Below, one piece after another: positions 12,901-26,542 of a stretch of 64,000 bases of DNA. This DNA comes from Fimbriosthenelais zetlandica. Taxonomy: Eukaryota. The translations under genes were made by a program, and so were the position numbers. The stretch spans positions 27,528,001 through 27,592,000 of the forward strand of contig OZ365113.1 in NCBI GenBank assembly GCA_977030845.1, written 5' to 3'. Below the pieces are notes generated by a model. That model was not told where the DNA came from, searched no databases, and saw only the letters and a program-made list of their open reading frames with translations. The first letter of the stretch is position 1, and each line of letters begins with the position of its first letter.

Positions 12901-15300
12901 AAAAATAATTTTAAAAGGGAATTCCCTCACTTTCTATTGGTTGCCTCATATGCCTGGAATTGCTATAAATAATAATGCATCCCTGGTTCAGTCACAATAA
13001 GCAGAAGATAAAACAATGATATGAACCTTGGATAGTCCTTCCTCTCCCCAAAACAACTTATGAGGACGATCTCTAAACTGCTAGAAGTGATAGCCTGACC
13101 ACTAAATGGGAGTATGTGAGGGGGTGAAGGGGTGAGATAGCCTCTGTCAACACCAGCAGATAGACTGGTGTAAAGCTAAAAGCCTCAGGATTCCATGTGT
13201 CCACACCCCTCTCTATAGACAAAGAATCCTTCAGGGGGGCTCAAGGGTCAAGACACTCCTTGGGCAGCAACATAATATACTTGGAACTCCGATTAATTCC
13301 TTGATAACACTGTAAAGTATCTTCTAGGATAGATTTCCATAGGATCAAATCGATTCTATTATTTGAATCATATATGATACAGCTATAGGATGGATTAGGT
13401 TTCTTCTTCTTGCCAACGAGTTGGGATTTCAGTTGAAGGAGAACTTCTTTAAGACACTTATAATATTACAGTTTTAATTTCTAAGACCCCCTCTACCTTT
13501 CCCGCTAAGAGGATGTTTAGACCAGAATGCCTCTCTCACCCGCTGTTGAGTGTGGTGAAATGATTTATGAACGTGTTGCCCCCTCAGATTTGCCACTTTT
13601 TCTTACAGTCCGAGTGGGAGCCAAGTCTGTGAAGAGGTGTGAAGTGTTGCTCAGTCTCTCCCCCTTTCTCTCTGTCTCTATTAGAGTTGGTGTCAGAGCC
13701 TGGCTTGATAAACGATAGATAAACCATGCTCCCGACTTCTGTGGTCCTCACCCAAGCACCAAACTCTTGTACTGTTTCTCTCTGACTGTCAAAAAAGTCG
13801 CCAGAAGCTGTCCATTATCCTGCTCGCACTCTTCCCACCCTTCCCGACTGGCAACAATTTAGAACGCATCATAGCCTACCCTTCTTCATCTGTCGTCTAC
13901 TGTCTGAACGCCTCGACATAATATTTGGATGACGACTGAAAAAATGATCATAAAGATGGAGCATGCATCTAGGTTTTTTGTAAGATTATGACGTTCAGGG
14001 ATGCTAAAGCTTATTTTACAGTGTCACCTTAATGCTCGAATTGAGTGACGATCATGGACCAGAAAATGCATTAAAAAACATAGAAAACAGGTCAGAATCC
14101 ACCTGTTAGTCGGCTGTCCCAAAACTCTCTGAAACATAAAAACAAAGTTCAGAAACTGAGTGACAAGACTACAATATTTTGTCTTGTTCCTCTACTTTGG
14201 TACCAGTTGGAAGCATCTTGTCAAGTTTAGGGAACATTTCTGCATGTGGGGCCTCGGCCCGTCATGTCCCTCCTGTCCCTAAATGGAGACTCCTTTGAAA
14301 ACTATTATAGCCTTCCCTGAGTGACATAGTTACGTACATAGATTTCTGTTTCTGAAATTGGGAATGCTGAGTGTCGCAAGGACTCCAAAATGGAGCTGTT
14401 GGACTGCGTCAAGACACTCCAAATCGATAGACAGATGCGTCAAAAAGAATTTGGTGATAATCTCTCATGCACCTCCCTTACCAAGACCCTGAAACTAGTA
14501 TCATTCGGTCCATTCTCAGAGGAATGACTAAAAGAAATATAGAATCAACTGGTTAGCCCATCGTACTGCACCGAGGTGAATTTTACAAATACTTTTGAAA
14601 AATTTGAAGAAGACTCTAGCATAACGAACCACACACCTGAGAATGTCATTTCTATAGCAAATGACATTGATGGTTCTCATATATCATTATATAGCCTAGT
14701 GGGTCTTGTGGAGAATATCTGACCATCGGGCATGGAGCCATGGGTTTGTTACATTCAGGAGTCAGGCTAGACCAGCCATGCACCCCCACCTTGTATACCA
14801 TCACCTCTATAAGATCTACCCAGAGGAACACCTACTGTGAGGGGGCTATATAACTGATTCTACCCAGAGCCCAGGTGAGAAGTTAAAACCCATCCATTGC
14901 TCTGTACCTGGATGCCAGGGATGCCATGGGCTGGAGGTAGGGGACAGGTGGGCTGGATCTTGACACCATAGAGGACAGGCCCCTCTCTGTAGGAGGCAGA
15001 GGTCAAAAGCTGGAGGAGAGAAGTATTAAGTTGGGAGATGTATAGTAGAGCACACGTGTGTGTTTACATAGGGAGAAGACACATAAACAACTGGAGGTCA
15101 TTTAACATGCATCACGATCTTTGTGTGTCTGTACTTCACCTTACATCAACATCTAATCTTCTCTTATACCCCCTCACACATCTCCTAGACGCTATATGGA
15201 CTCAAGAAGTGTCCTTAAAGTCTCCATTGAATTAAAACCTTCATTAACCCATCTTCCTTAAACTTCCTTAATCATCCCCAATTTCCGTCCCTATTCTTTT

Positions 15301-15517
15301 GATCAGGCTTTTTCAGGGCCTGATCCCTGAAACTAGATTTTTCTAAGAATTAGTTTACGCATGCGCCACTGCGCATGACCGGAAATCCGTTGCGCGCATT
15401 GCACTCTGGGTGATCAGAGTTTTTCTTCGGGGCCTGGGGCTTATTTCATAACGATGCTTTAGCATATGGTTATGAAACAGGCCCCAAATCGCTGAAACTA
15501 GATTTTTCTAAGAATTA
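15301..15517. mobile_element. MITE-like composite: 26-bp exact direct repeats flanking an inverted-repeat module
   Basis: ctgaaactagatttttctaagaatta occurs at 15327-15352 and 15492-15517. Internal inverted pairs are ggggcctg/caggcccc and tttcataac/gttatgaaa, with a GCGCATGCGC-like cluster. Confidence 0.55.
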
Positions 15518-17327
15518 TTTTCTCAACCCATACTAAACACTGTAGATAAGTTGTTCATGAGTGTTTCATGGTCCTTGGGGTACATGTAAGTGGAGTTAGT
15601 CCTGTATGTTATGAGCAGACTACCTGGACATGTAGGTATGTGTGTGTATGTATAGACATCACTTGCCAATATCATAACATGATGATACTTTACACGCACT
15701 CTTAGATACCCAGCGTGAAGGTAGGTCTCTACAAGTTTGGTACTCCGATCAACACATGTTATACCATTTACAAATATATACCTGCTGGTATATGCTACTG
15801 GGGTGAAATTGAATGGAATAATACTAGAATGTTACATTTTTCCTTACAGTATTAGCGAGCCCCACTACTTTTATCTATATAACCAATGCAGGTGTTGCAA
15901 TGAGAACTGTAGCAGTGGAGGACCACCTTAAGGCCTTAGACATTTCAAATGAAATTTATTAATTTTGTCGCATCACATTAGCATCACATTTGTCGCTGTA
16001 TAAGCACAGCAGTGGAATCCCACCTTTAGAGGCTAGAAGCAATACAATAAATATCCCAATTTGAAAACCGAGCTTTCAGTTGGAGAGGTCATCATTTTAT
16101 AACCTGGGAAGTAATGCAGATGAACTGTCAGATGTTTCAGCCAGGGTTCCAGCTAGTGATGGGACTGACCTTACCAGGCTTGGGTAGTAATGAGGAATAG
16201 GAGTGTTGAGTGAAATGCTGACAGCTCGTGAGACTTGATCTTTGATATTAACCAGTACACAGCAATGATGCAAAGTCTCACGAGACCTCCGCTACCCTTC
16301 ACACGGCTGGCGGCTGGCGAGGGTCGGCTGCATGCTGGCAAATGGTGAACTAAATAGCTGCTGAATGCACAGCAAGATGCCTCGCTATCCTCTCAAAATG
16401 CCTGCATGATAGCAGTCCGAAACTATATTTCTATTCACACCAAATGCTTGTAATTTGAACAGATCTTTACACCTAGGTAAGGCTAACCACTGAAAAAATT
16501 GCAATCTTTAGATGTCATTGGAAATAGGGGTTCGGATGGCTATGGATAAGATAATCTGATTAGCGTGTTGAAGGCTTATAAAGGCTTCTCAATAAGTCCA
16601 AGAAGCATGGCGACCCATGCATGCTTGACTGTCGCTGATTCACCACTTATCATTATGAAGTGTGACTGTACAGTGTCACACACAAATCAAACTGACTCAA
16701 AGTGTCAATGGCATGTTGAATTTCCACGATCCACAGAACATGGAGAGATGCTGTCACAAGTGGACATAACCTCGAAGAAATGACCGAGCCAATTTTTCCC
16801 AAAGAATCCAAGAGCTAGGAAATCTGCACACATCAAGTGTATTGTGGGATTGGTAGAGTTTTGCTGGATCTGGTCCAGTTAGTGTATGTTTACATTCCAG
16901 GTCTGCTCTGTCAGGCCATTAGAAGGGTGTGAAGAGACAGGTCGCGAATTGTGCTACGCTGGAGGTCCCTCTATACCCACGAATCTCAATATAGCTGCAG
17001 AAAGTGTTACCAAATTTCTGTCCACATCAAAGTTCCAAGCTTCGGATCCATGTCAAAGTACATGCGACTTTCTTACTTTGTGGAAATGTTTGGCTTCTTA
17101 TATTCAGAGATTTCTCCTCCAACTGCCTTCAAGATATTGCCCTTAAGTAGTATATGTAAAAAACACTTTTTTCCAGGCTACATATAATCATATGAAATTT
17201 GAAAACACATTCTGTACCCTTTTGTCTCAACATGAACTACTATACTGTTGTGTCAAGCATTCAGCATTTTTTAAACTAAAATTAAACATACACAATGCTT
17301 TAAATACACTTTCTTATTTTTTTACAG

Positions 17328-17623
17328 CGGCCAGTCGGGAGGCAGCCTTTACTCATGCAGTCTCGGCGGCAGGCGTTGTTCACGCGATATCACGAGCCTG
17401 TCGCGAGGGTGACCTCAACACATGCGGATGTTCTCGTCGCCCTCGGCCAAAGGGCCTTCATCGAGACTGGATCTGGGGTGGATGTGGCGACAACACTCAA
17501 TACGGCTACAGGTTTGCCCAAGGTTTCGTCGATGTTCGTGAACGGGAGAAGAATCATCCAAGACACTCGCGAGGTTTAGCGAGAACCCTCATGAACCTTC
17601 ATAACAACGAGGCAGGCAGAAGG
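17328..17623 (+). CDS. Wnt5: Wnt5, penultimate coding exon
   Basis: tttttttacAG acceptor ending at 17327 (phase 1, matching the upstream donor); AGAAGG|gtaagt donor at 17624 (phase 0). Encodes [34 protein letters not shown]...[10 protein letters not shown]...[12 protein letters not shown], the canonical Wnt motifs. Confidence 0.97.
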
Positions 17624-20600
17624 GTAAGTTATCCACTATATTATTGATCCTTCTATTTTGCTGAGATTAGGTTGCAATGGTTTACTTATAACTACTATCC
17701 CTTCACTCGGCACATATATATACTTAGATCCAGTTTAACTGACCTGCCCTCCCACTGAGTGGGTAAGGATAAGATTCACACCTCTATCATTGATTCTGGA
17801 TAGCATGGTTTCACTATCAATTACACCAATACCAATGAAACCACCTATCTGACATATCCACTAATATGCCAATTAGCCTTGGTAACTGGAAAGTGATAAG
17901 GAGAGCTCATCACATTTGCTCTGGTTACCCCATTGATCAGCACATAGTTATGCTCGCACCGTTGGTTTTGATTCTTTTCGGTCATATTCCCTTCAAGTTT
18001 TGCTGTTCAAGTTTGCTCCTTTAAATTTTAACCCAATTTTTCTGAACGAAAGTTGAAGCAATGCTCGCAAGCCAGCGACTATCTTCCAGTCAGATGCCGC
18101 CACCCCTTTCCTCCTTGCCTCCTTTCCTGCCTTGGATCTTTCCCCCTATCTCAATTCATGTATCCAATTTATCAAAATCTTGCCCTGGAGGACCCCTAGT
18201 GTTGATTTCTCCCACCAGGGTGCGGGTCATATCGTCTCCAGCCTGAGTGGCTCCAGGTGGCAGTGATCAGAGGCACGCTTCGCTAAAATCATTCCACAAA
18301 ATATGGCACCAAAATATTTACTTTTGACTTAGGTAGATTATAGGGTGCTTTCGATTGTTCAAAGTGGCTTACTTCCTGGAATATGTCTGGAGAGCTTTAG
18401 AAAAAAAATCAATAATTATCAAGTGCAGTGTGTGCTCGGAGTAAAAACTTCTGCACATTAATAAACTGACTTTTACTGTTACAATGATATATAATTATTC
18501 CAAGTATTTTGCCCACCCCACCCCCCTCCTCCCTACCTAAAAAAATAAGTGGATTGGTGAAATGTGTCTGGCCTGGTTGATGTATCGTTTTGCTCAGGTC
18601 ACCTGTTAACAGGAGCAGGGCTGAGTGTGTGTGTTTATATATGTGTGTATATCTACACGTTCTCACCTGAGTGCCTCCAGGTGTCACACATCAGCTGGAG
18701 GAGCATGCAGGAGGCGGTAGGCACCGCTCGCCCTGATACAAATAGATTGAAGACTCAATACTGAGAAAGGGAAACTGAGGTGGAAAAGCAAAAGGAAGGA
18801 AGCGAAACTTTCCCTCCATTCTGGAGGCTAATTTAATGGGGGTTGGAGAGAAGATGGAAGGGAAGGTCAAGCAGACTGAAAACAAAGGTTAGGAGGCTAA
18901 AGACAAGAGAGACTTAAGAAAGATATCTCTCTTGCAAACCTTGACAACACTTGGTGTGAAGTTTTCCTAGGTAGTCCTGACCTTATAAAGATAGTTGTCT
19001 CAGTAGAGAGAAATCAATCACAACAAAATCTAAATCAAATATTTTTCCTCGAGAATATGACACACACGTCCTAGTCTGAGTAGCAGTTATCATTGTCAAA
19101 AGCAGACAATAAAAACGTTCAGATTAGTGATGTTGACTTAGCTTTTGTTCTTGGCGTCTCACCAGCTTGACCTTCGACCTCTGCCTGAAGGTGGGTGTCA
19201 AACTTGGCTTGTAGATGGCGCTCCATAATGTCCCCCGCTTGCTATAGTTCGCTGAATGAATATATTTGTACAACGCCCTTTAAGTTATCATACATATCAC
19301 AATCCAGATGTCTAGCATTTTAGCAATTCAAATTTGATTACCGACTGAAGACTTTTCCAAGTGCTGGATACAAATTGAACTTTTCACCAACCCTTTAATT
19401 ATTATTCCATGGACTAGAGATCAGTAAAATCACAGTCAGGTATGATTTATTGTTAGAACGAGTAAATTGTGCCGATATTTACATATATAATTGATTGATA
19501 GTCATCTGTAAGGGAGATAACTCCTGGGTTGCTGCCTCAAGATACTGCAGCTGACCAGAGGGCGTGTTGGCTGGTTCAGCAGCCAAGGCCTCTCCGCCCT
19601 CCAGGCATTGTACTCGCCATCTGATTTGACCGACAGAGCCAAGAAACTAATTGTTTTCCCAAATTTATGATTTAACAATTTTGAGGATTTCCTTTCAAGA
19701 TTTTATTTTCAAATTGGATGGACAGATGCATATTGATGGGTGGATTGAGGGAGGGATAGTTAAGGATGGCTAAATGGATCAATACTTGATGGATCGTGAA
19801 TAACCCATACATGAGTGTAGATTATTGAATAGCAGCAAGCTGATGGATATATAGTGATTATTTCAAGTAAAAAGATGGGACAATTGTAAGGGAGTTTAGT
19901 CGGAAGAGAAGGAGCAGCGAGGCCGGGGAGAGCGATATGAGATTACTTGGCACCTCCTTGTCCAGGTCACCTCTCTGTGTATATATTTGTTTGTTCTCGT
20001 GATGGACGTGGCTTGAGGCGGTCCCCTGTCACCAATCGCCTGGTCCCCGGGCTGCGACCATCCCTCTTCTAACCGGGAACAAGGAGAGCGAATAATGAAC
20101 GCTTTGTAGCCAAGCGACCCAACGTCATGCCAAATATGTCACGTGATGTACTACAAGTAATAGCCTCAGTTTCAATCTGGCTTCCGGCTATTAAGAGCTT
20201 CCTTTCATTTCTTACTATGGAGCTGCCTTTTAGAAAATGCTTTGGAATGAATATCCTAGGCTTACATTAAAATAATCCTCATCGTTATTTTGGTTTGGAA
20301 AGTGGGCAAGTGAGTGGGAAGCTGGCAGGGTCGATGGGTGGCCTGTTGGAGGGTAGGTCAGGGTTGAAGCCATCTTCTTTTAACATAAGATTTGCTCTTG
20401 TACGGTTTTGATATTCGCATGAAAATAACCTATATTTCCTACGTGTACAGTATTTTGTTTTCTTGCCGGTATAAGAAACAAGCAAAAGTTCATCTTCATT
20501 CTGTCACTTTGTTACTAATAATTCATGTCATTCATTTTCTTTCTGATGTCCATATTTTCCCCATCTCATTATCGAGGCTGTCCTATCTTGGTTACCAAGG

Positions 20601-23261
20601 TTACAGAATGACATAAATCACTGCCCAATTATCAGTAATGGCTTGTTCCATATCCATGGCAACGTGAGGTCCCACTAGGGCCTGACCAATGAGAATTCAG
20701 GTCCCTTTATAAACTGGGAGGAGGGGTCCTTGAATGCCTCAATCCGACCATGAAACATTCCCAAAGCGAAGCACGCAGAACAAATCAGGCATCGGTGGAC
20801 ACGGACTATTTGCTATTCTCTCCGGACAGTTTCAATTAAGTCACTCAAATAGAGTTTAATTAGTCATGTGACAGTTGGCTGGAGATATGGGGCTGGGTGG
20901 GCGTGGCCAAGGTGATTTATCCAGTACGAAATAAAGCAGGGTGGGAAGTGAATTGAGGGCTTCTGTAATTGAGATGTGGCGGGAAAGGTTGGGTTTACTA
21001 AAGAAAGGGTGTAAATCTTCCTTTGAAGAAAATAAATTATAGTGAAAGGTGAAAATCGTTTCACATATTTGAGGTCTGATCTTTTTACGTTGCGGTAAAT
21101 GCATTTAGTTGTTGAAGACTAGGTTTTCCTAACAGAAATTTATGCCAGCTAGTTGTGCGACAAATGGGAGAGGTTAGATTTGGAAAGAGACTCCTTTAAG
21201 AATAAACAGACAACATACGGTTCATAATATATTCCATAATTGGGAATTAATGAGACTTTGGTTGCACCCAGAACCGCCTGTGTGACCTCAAAGCAAATTT
21301 CAATAAATTACTGGAAATGTCCATGAATTGCTGGCCTCCTAACCATAAATAAAAATCTCTGACATTTCATAGAAACGTAAGTGAATGGTGTCCTCTTCTA
21401 TGTCCTTCAAAACTGCAGCAGTTTGTCATTAAATCAGGAAACCCCTTGACACTAATACCTCACTTCACAATGTTTCCTGCCCTCCAAACTTCCCTCAAAT
21501 TATAGGTTACAATTTCATCCCTTCTCCTATTATCGCTCATGTTTCGGGTAGGCCTATATAGCCTCATAAGTATCTACTTTTATATTGGACTTCACATTTT
21601 TGGTGTGCTGAATCTAAATCTGCCGGATGCCAATCATTTCATCATAACTCCAGTTCTAATTGGGTTAGAATTATGATTTCAACCTCGATCTGATTTTGAC
21701 CATGAGGAATCTGATGAAGGTGACAACAAAATGATCCAGTCCCTCCAGCCCATGCATGGTGCAGCAAAGTTCAATATGCTATGTGTAAAACTATATGATA
21801 CGCAAAACATCATATTGAAAGAATAACAAAATGCCGCGATAAATTGTTATGAGAATGATTTACGTAAAGTGATATGATTTAGGTCAGAGTCTATGGTTCA
21901 TATATACAATATATAGTAACTTGAAGTGCGGAATGCTGAAGAATGTCAGCTGATTAACAAGGGGGAGCGATACATGTATGCTCTTTTGTCTCATTCGGGC
22001 TTTCTCACTTTGACTTCTAATTGGACCTGTATAAATAGGATGAATTACTGCCGGTATATGATAAAATAAAATATGAATGACTTGAAAACCATGGACATGG
22101 AGCCCTATATGCATGCCAAAACCAGAGATCTGTTCCTTGTAAAACCTTGCACTCAGAACGTCATTGTAGTCAGAGGTGATGCTCCAGCCTTCGATATATA
22201 AATTATATGTAGTCACCATTGTCACCTATACCTACGCTCCAAATTACATGACCTTCAAAGCTGACAGGTGTCACATTATCACACTTAATTCTATACTTTA
22301 CCTTCCACATTTTTTACAACTTAGCCGCCATTGCAAAGAATAAGACCTGAACATAAATGACACAAGATTTCTTTCAGTGCCTCAGTTTAATCACCATTGC
22401 ATAGAAAGAAATCCAATAGTTCAAACTTTATTTAAGAAAATCTTGAAATTACACGTTAGCAGGTTTGAAGACATCAGCTTTGATGTCACGCAGACAGAGT
22501 TTAGATGACTTTATATGTGGATATCCAATCAAATCTTCGCCATATTACTCGATTGTCTGTCAGGTTCTTATATAGGGACTATGCTATCACTTACCATCCA
22601 TTCATGTAAATGGAGTTAATCAAAGAAATTCAGAGAGGGAAATGTAATCAATTTAGGCAGCTCCTTCCGCTGTGGATTCTATGCCAACAATGACACATAA
22701 GGGTTCAGGTAATCTCTGATACCTATAGAAGAAAATATTTTCCCTAAAAACACCATGCAGTGTTAGGTGGAGGCAGTGAAAGTTGTGAGCCTGTGTGGCA
22801 GAAGACATAAGATGATAAGTTGACTAAGATATCCCTAGGCCTTTCTCCCCTCCTATAGCTGGCTGACCCTCGGGTTTGTTATTTGTGTACGTGAAACTTA
22901 AATATTTGTGACAAAACTTCAAAGAGAGACCGCGCCGACAGTACTGAGATGCCGTGAAAACAGTGTGGCTACTGTCCTCCTCTGGAAGTGTGTATGACTC
23001 AGGCTGAAGTGACACTGAACGGGGGTACTCCAGTTTTTTAGTGATTAAATTAACTATTTCATTTTTCAATTTAAAAGGTTGCCCCTCTGTTGTGCCACTT
23101 ATAAGCATGGAAACTAATGCCATAATTATAATTATGTCCATCGGTGGCATCAACCTTTTCCTTTTTAAAAGAACTCCAAATGAAATAGAACACAAAGAAA
23201 TCCGCTTTTAATAGTAGATTGTTGAACGGGTTCTCTACAATTTTATATGGTGTGCCCTCAG

Positions 23262-23308
23262 CCCCCCTCCCTTTGCCCCTCCCCCCCCCCCCCCCTCCCC
23301 AACCCTCC
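23262..23308. repeat. Poly-C / C-rich tract (G-quadruplex-prone on the minus strand)
   Basis: C15 run at 23281-23295 with flanking C runs. Confidence 0.85.
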
Positions 23309-24077
23309 AGGTGAACAGACGTTTGTGGATAGGACGGGCATATATTAGGATGGGTAGAAAGGGTGCTCGTGTCTGTGTGGAGGGGTTTCCTGCCTTCATA
23401 TGAAGTGTCCTTGACTAGGAAGGGGAGGACTGGTGATTGGGGGTCAATGTTTGAGCAGTGAAAGTGATCCTCTACCGACAGAGGGTGCTTGACCCTGAAG
23501 ATGACACATATATAGGGCTCTCCCTCTCCCTCTCATAGAGCCTCTGTCTTCAGCAGAATGGAAATATCTCACTCTTTGTGTTTGTTACTATAATATTGAC
23601 TGAAAATGTACTCTCTATGGCAGGGTGGAAGGGAGATGGTAGGTATTTCTACATTAGGTGAGGGCATGCCCAAATAGCTTTGACATTTTGATGTAGATAG
23701 GCCCTAATTAAGACACTATAACAAGATTGGAATCCAATACAAATTATAAGGCTAGGATCTCATGAGGTACGTCCGCTCGGATTGACCCATGGATTGGATC
23801 CACTTCTGTCCAGTCTAATCCTTTTAGACCATTGGGCCACTTTAGCTGGTAAATCCCCCATCCCGCTCCCTTGATCTCTCCCGGAAATCCACTGATCCAA
23901 GAAGGTGGTCCCTCCGGGCCATTATAGACAACTGCTTTATTCTGATTTACTACCGGAGTACCACTCTCAAAATCATGATTCACACTTGGAAATCAATCCC
24001 CGACCATGAAGGAGGTGGGGAATATAACAGACAAGCGACGATTGTGCACGCTTCGACGATCAGATGCGCGACAGGGC

Positions 24078-24135
24078 ATCACGTGATCACCGGAAGTGAG
24101 ACTCGGGGATAGATCACGTGACGTACGGAAGTGAG
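24078..24135. promoter_or_regulatory. Duplicated E-box/ETS composite element in the Wnt5 last intron
   Basis: ATCACGTGA-N4-CGGAAGTGAG occurs twice at a 35-bp period (E-boxes at 24079 and 24114) in a CpG-rich patch. Confidence 0.55.
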
Positions 24136-25565
24136 GCTGGTTTAACGCGCGTGTTTTGATCGTCTGCTGTGAATGGCCGAGGGCAGAGGAGTCTTTTGAT
24201 GACCAAACGCAGCTTTCAGATCTTTTTAGCAGCGAGCTCTGGTCCCCAACCCCCCTTTGGTCATCTACCTCTATCCTCGTTGACGGTCACACCTCGCCCA
24301 TAGATACCGCTGTTAAGGCGGCACATAAATCCTGAGGGCACAATGTCCGCCCATGTACGTCCGCGTCAGCAGAGCCATCCAACATCAAGACCAAATCACC
24401 CTCACCACAAAAGAGGCTTTTTACCCTAGTGTTACCCGGCTTTTACCCCCTTCTCTGACCTTGTTCCTCTGACCGTGGGTATTGCATGTGCAACTTTATT
24501 GTGCCGTGTCACATGGTGATGGAGAAAAAATAGTCCCTTGCTTTTATCCATTCGCACACTGCAGTGTTGTGTGTGCATCTTGCCTTGTGAGAAAGCTTAT
24601 ATTTCTGTGAAGCACAGTCCCTATACTGACTTTTTCTAAAGCCAAGGGCGATCCGGAGGACTTCTACTATTGTATGCTCGGTACCCTTTCCACCCCAAAC
24701 CTCCGCTAAAAGGGAAGGAGCCTGGCAGCAGTGAGGGCCGTCTTTTGATGGCTTTTAAGCTCTCGACTACTTGCTTTGTGTCTGAGCTGGTCTGATCGGG
24801 TTTGATCACTTGTGATAAATAGGTTTATCCAGCTGTGAATTGCTGCACAGCAGACAGGCCAATCAGGGAACTGCTTACGGGTCACATGTAACATCAAATC
24901 CCCAAGAAGAATGCCAGGACAGGTGCTGTACGATTTTAGATACGTCTATAAATACATGTAGTAAATATGCCTGAATGGGTGACATTTTTTTTTATAATAT
25001 TAGCCAGTGACTTTCATTTCATGCCCAGAAAATATTCAGTTGGCCTGTAGGCTACATCTATATTGATTACTATATTTTCAGTGTTTCATCCAGAAGGTTC
25101 TTTAAATGTCAGAACTTTGTCCTCCATGGTGCAAACGGCTATATACAATCCGAGAAATACATATATATCATAGAACCAAACCGTTACCCCCTTTCCTCCT
25201 GATTCCTCTCCCTCCAGTCTCCCAGACCCCCCTCCCAGCCCCATCGTTGCATGTGGTTCTTGGCGGGCCTGGCAGCCGATCCTGCCCGCCGCCCATCACA
25301 CCGCCTCCGGGCGTAAACCGAGCCCCCAGAACCGGGATCATACCACCTGAAGGCGTCCGTCTCTTACCCTCTCTGTAACTACTTATACCAGGCCACCCCC
25401 ATACAGACACACACACTGTCATACACAGACCAGACATATTATATTCTATAACTTCATTCACTGACCAAAAAAACCCTGGTGTGACTGTGAAAAAGTATTT
25501 TTGGATCCTTGGGAGGGATGCTCCAGAGTTGGTGAAGATAAAACAAGATATCATACACAGTTGCA

Positions 25566-25700
25566 TGGAGAAAAAAAAGAGAGAAAGAAAGACAGGGAGA
25601 GAGAGAGAAAGAAGGGAGAGGTATAGCTATATATAACAGGCATACAAAGTGACAAAGTGAGGGAAGAAGAAAAGAGGAAGGAGAAGATGGAGAGAATATG
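25566..25700. repeat. GA/purine-rich low-complexity tract
   Basis: Runs of gaga/gaaa/ggag; it produces spurious F/S/L-rich antisense ORFs. Confidence 0.75.
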
Positions 25701-26542
25701 CTACTGACAGGCCTTGCCCATCTCCTGTCATCCCCACTCACCCACACCACCCCATGATACCTCCCAGCCTCCCACACCAATCAGACACCGTAATTATTCT
25801 AATTAACATGGACCATAGCTCACTAGTGCCACCTGGCCACGCTCGTCCCAACCAGCATGACACTGACGGCCCGTGATAACAGATTGGATCCCTTCTATTC
25901 TATACACCCCATTCCTTCTCTGTGGTTACAGCCTTTTGATCTCCATCTTTTTAAGTGCATTTTTACATTCACAGAAAGAGCCTGAGGTGGGATTTGTATT
26001 AAACATCGCTGTCACTGATACCATATTGATTTTTTTTCTCAATGTGGGAGGTATATGTCCTTTGAAATATAAAAAGCACTTAACCTTGCACATCAATCTG
26101 ATGGCCCACACTTAAATGATGCAGACATGGATCATGAAACATGGGTCATGGGTTTTCTTCTGGTAGAGATTGTTCCCAACTTAGAACTACATATATACGT
26201 GTGCTATAATGCCAAGATGCTCTTGCAAGCTGGGACAACAGATATCTATAATTATGCTTGGAATGAACTTGCATTTCTCATAGTGAAAGGGACATAATTA
26301 TGTAGAGTGGATCCTTCATGATATTGTGAAAAGGAACAAGCAAACATGTATTCTACTTCATAATTATGTTTATCCATATTTATTTGTTATTTGTATCCCA
26401 TTATAGTATATATATTGTAGGGTTGTTGCCTTCATATAACTGAAGATTGCATGCCAAGGAAATCCTGAATTGGATAATCTCATGATACACTTAGCAATCA
26501 CGCAACAATGAGATTTGAAAGGCCCTTTTACGATGATGGCTT

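Noticed and set aside
13688-13699. TGGTGTCAGAGC resembling an LTR-retrotransposon primer-binding site
   Set aside because: No TG...CA LTR pair and no gag/pol frames nearby.
25106-25780. Several 90-132 aa ORFs on both strands
   Set aside because: Explained by C-rich and GA-rich low-complexity sequence; no recognisable domain or splice structure.
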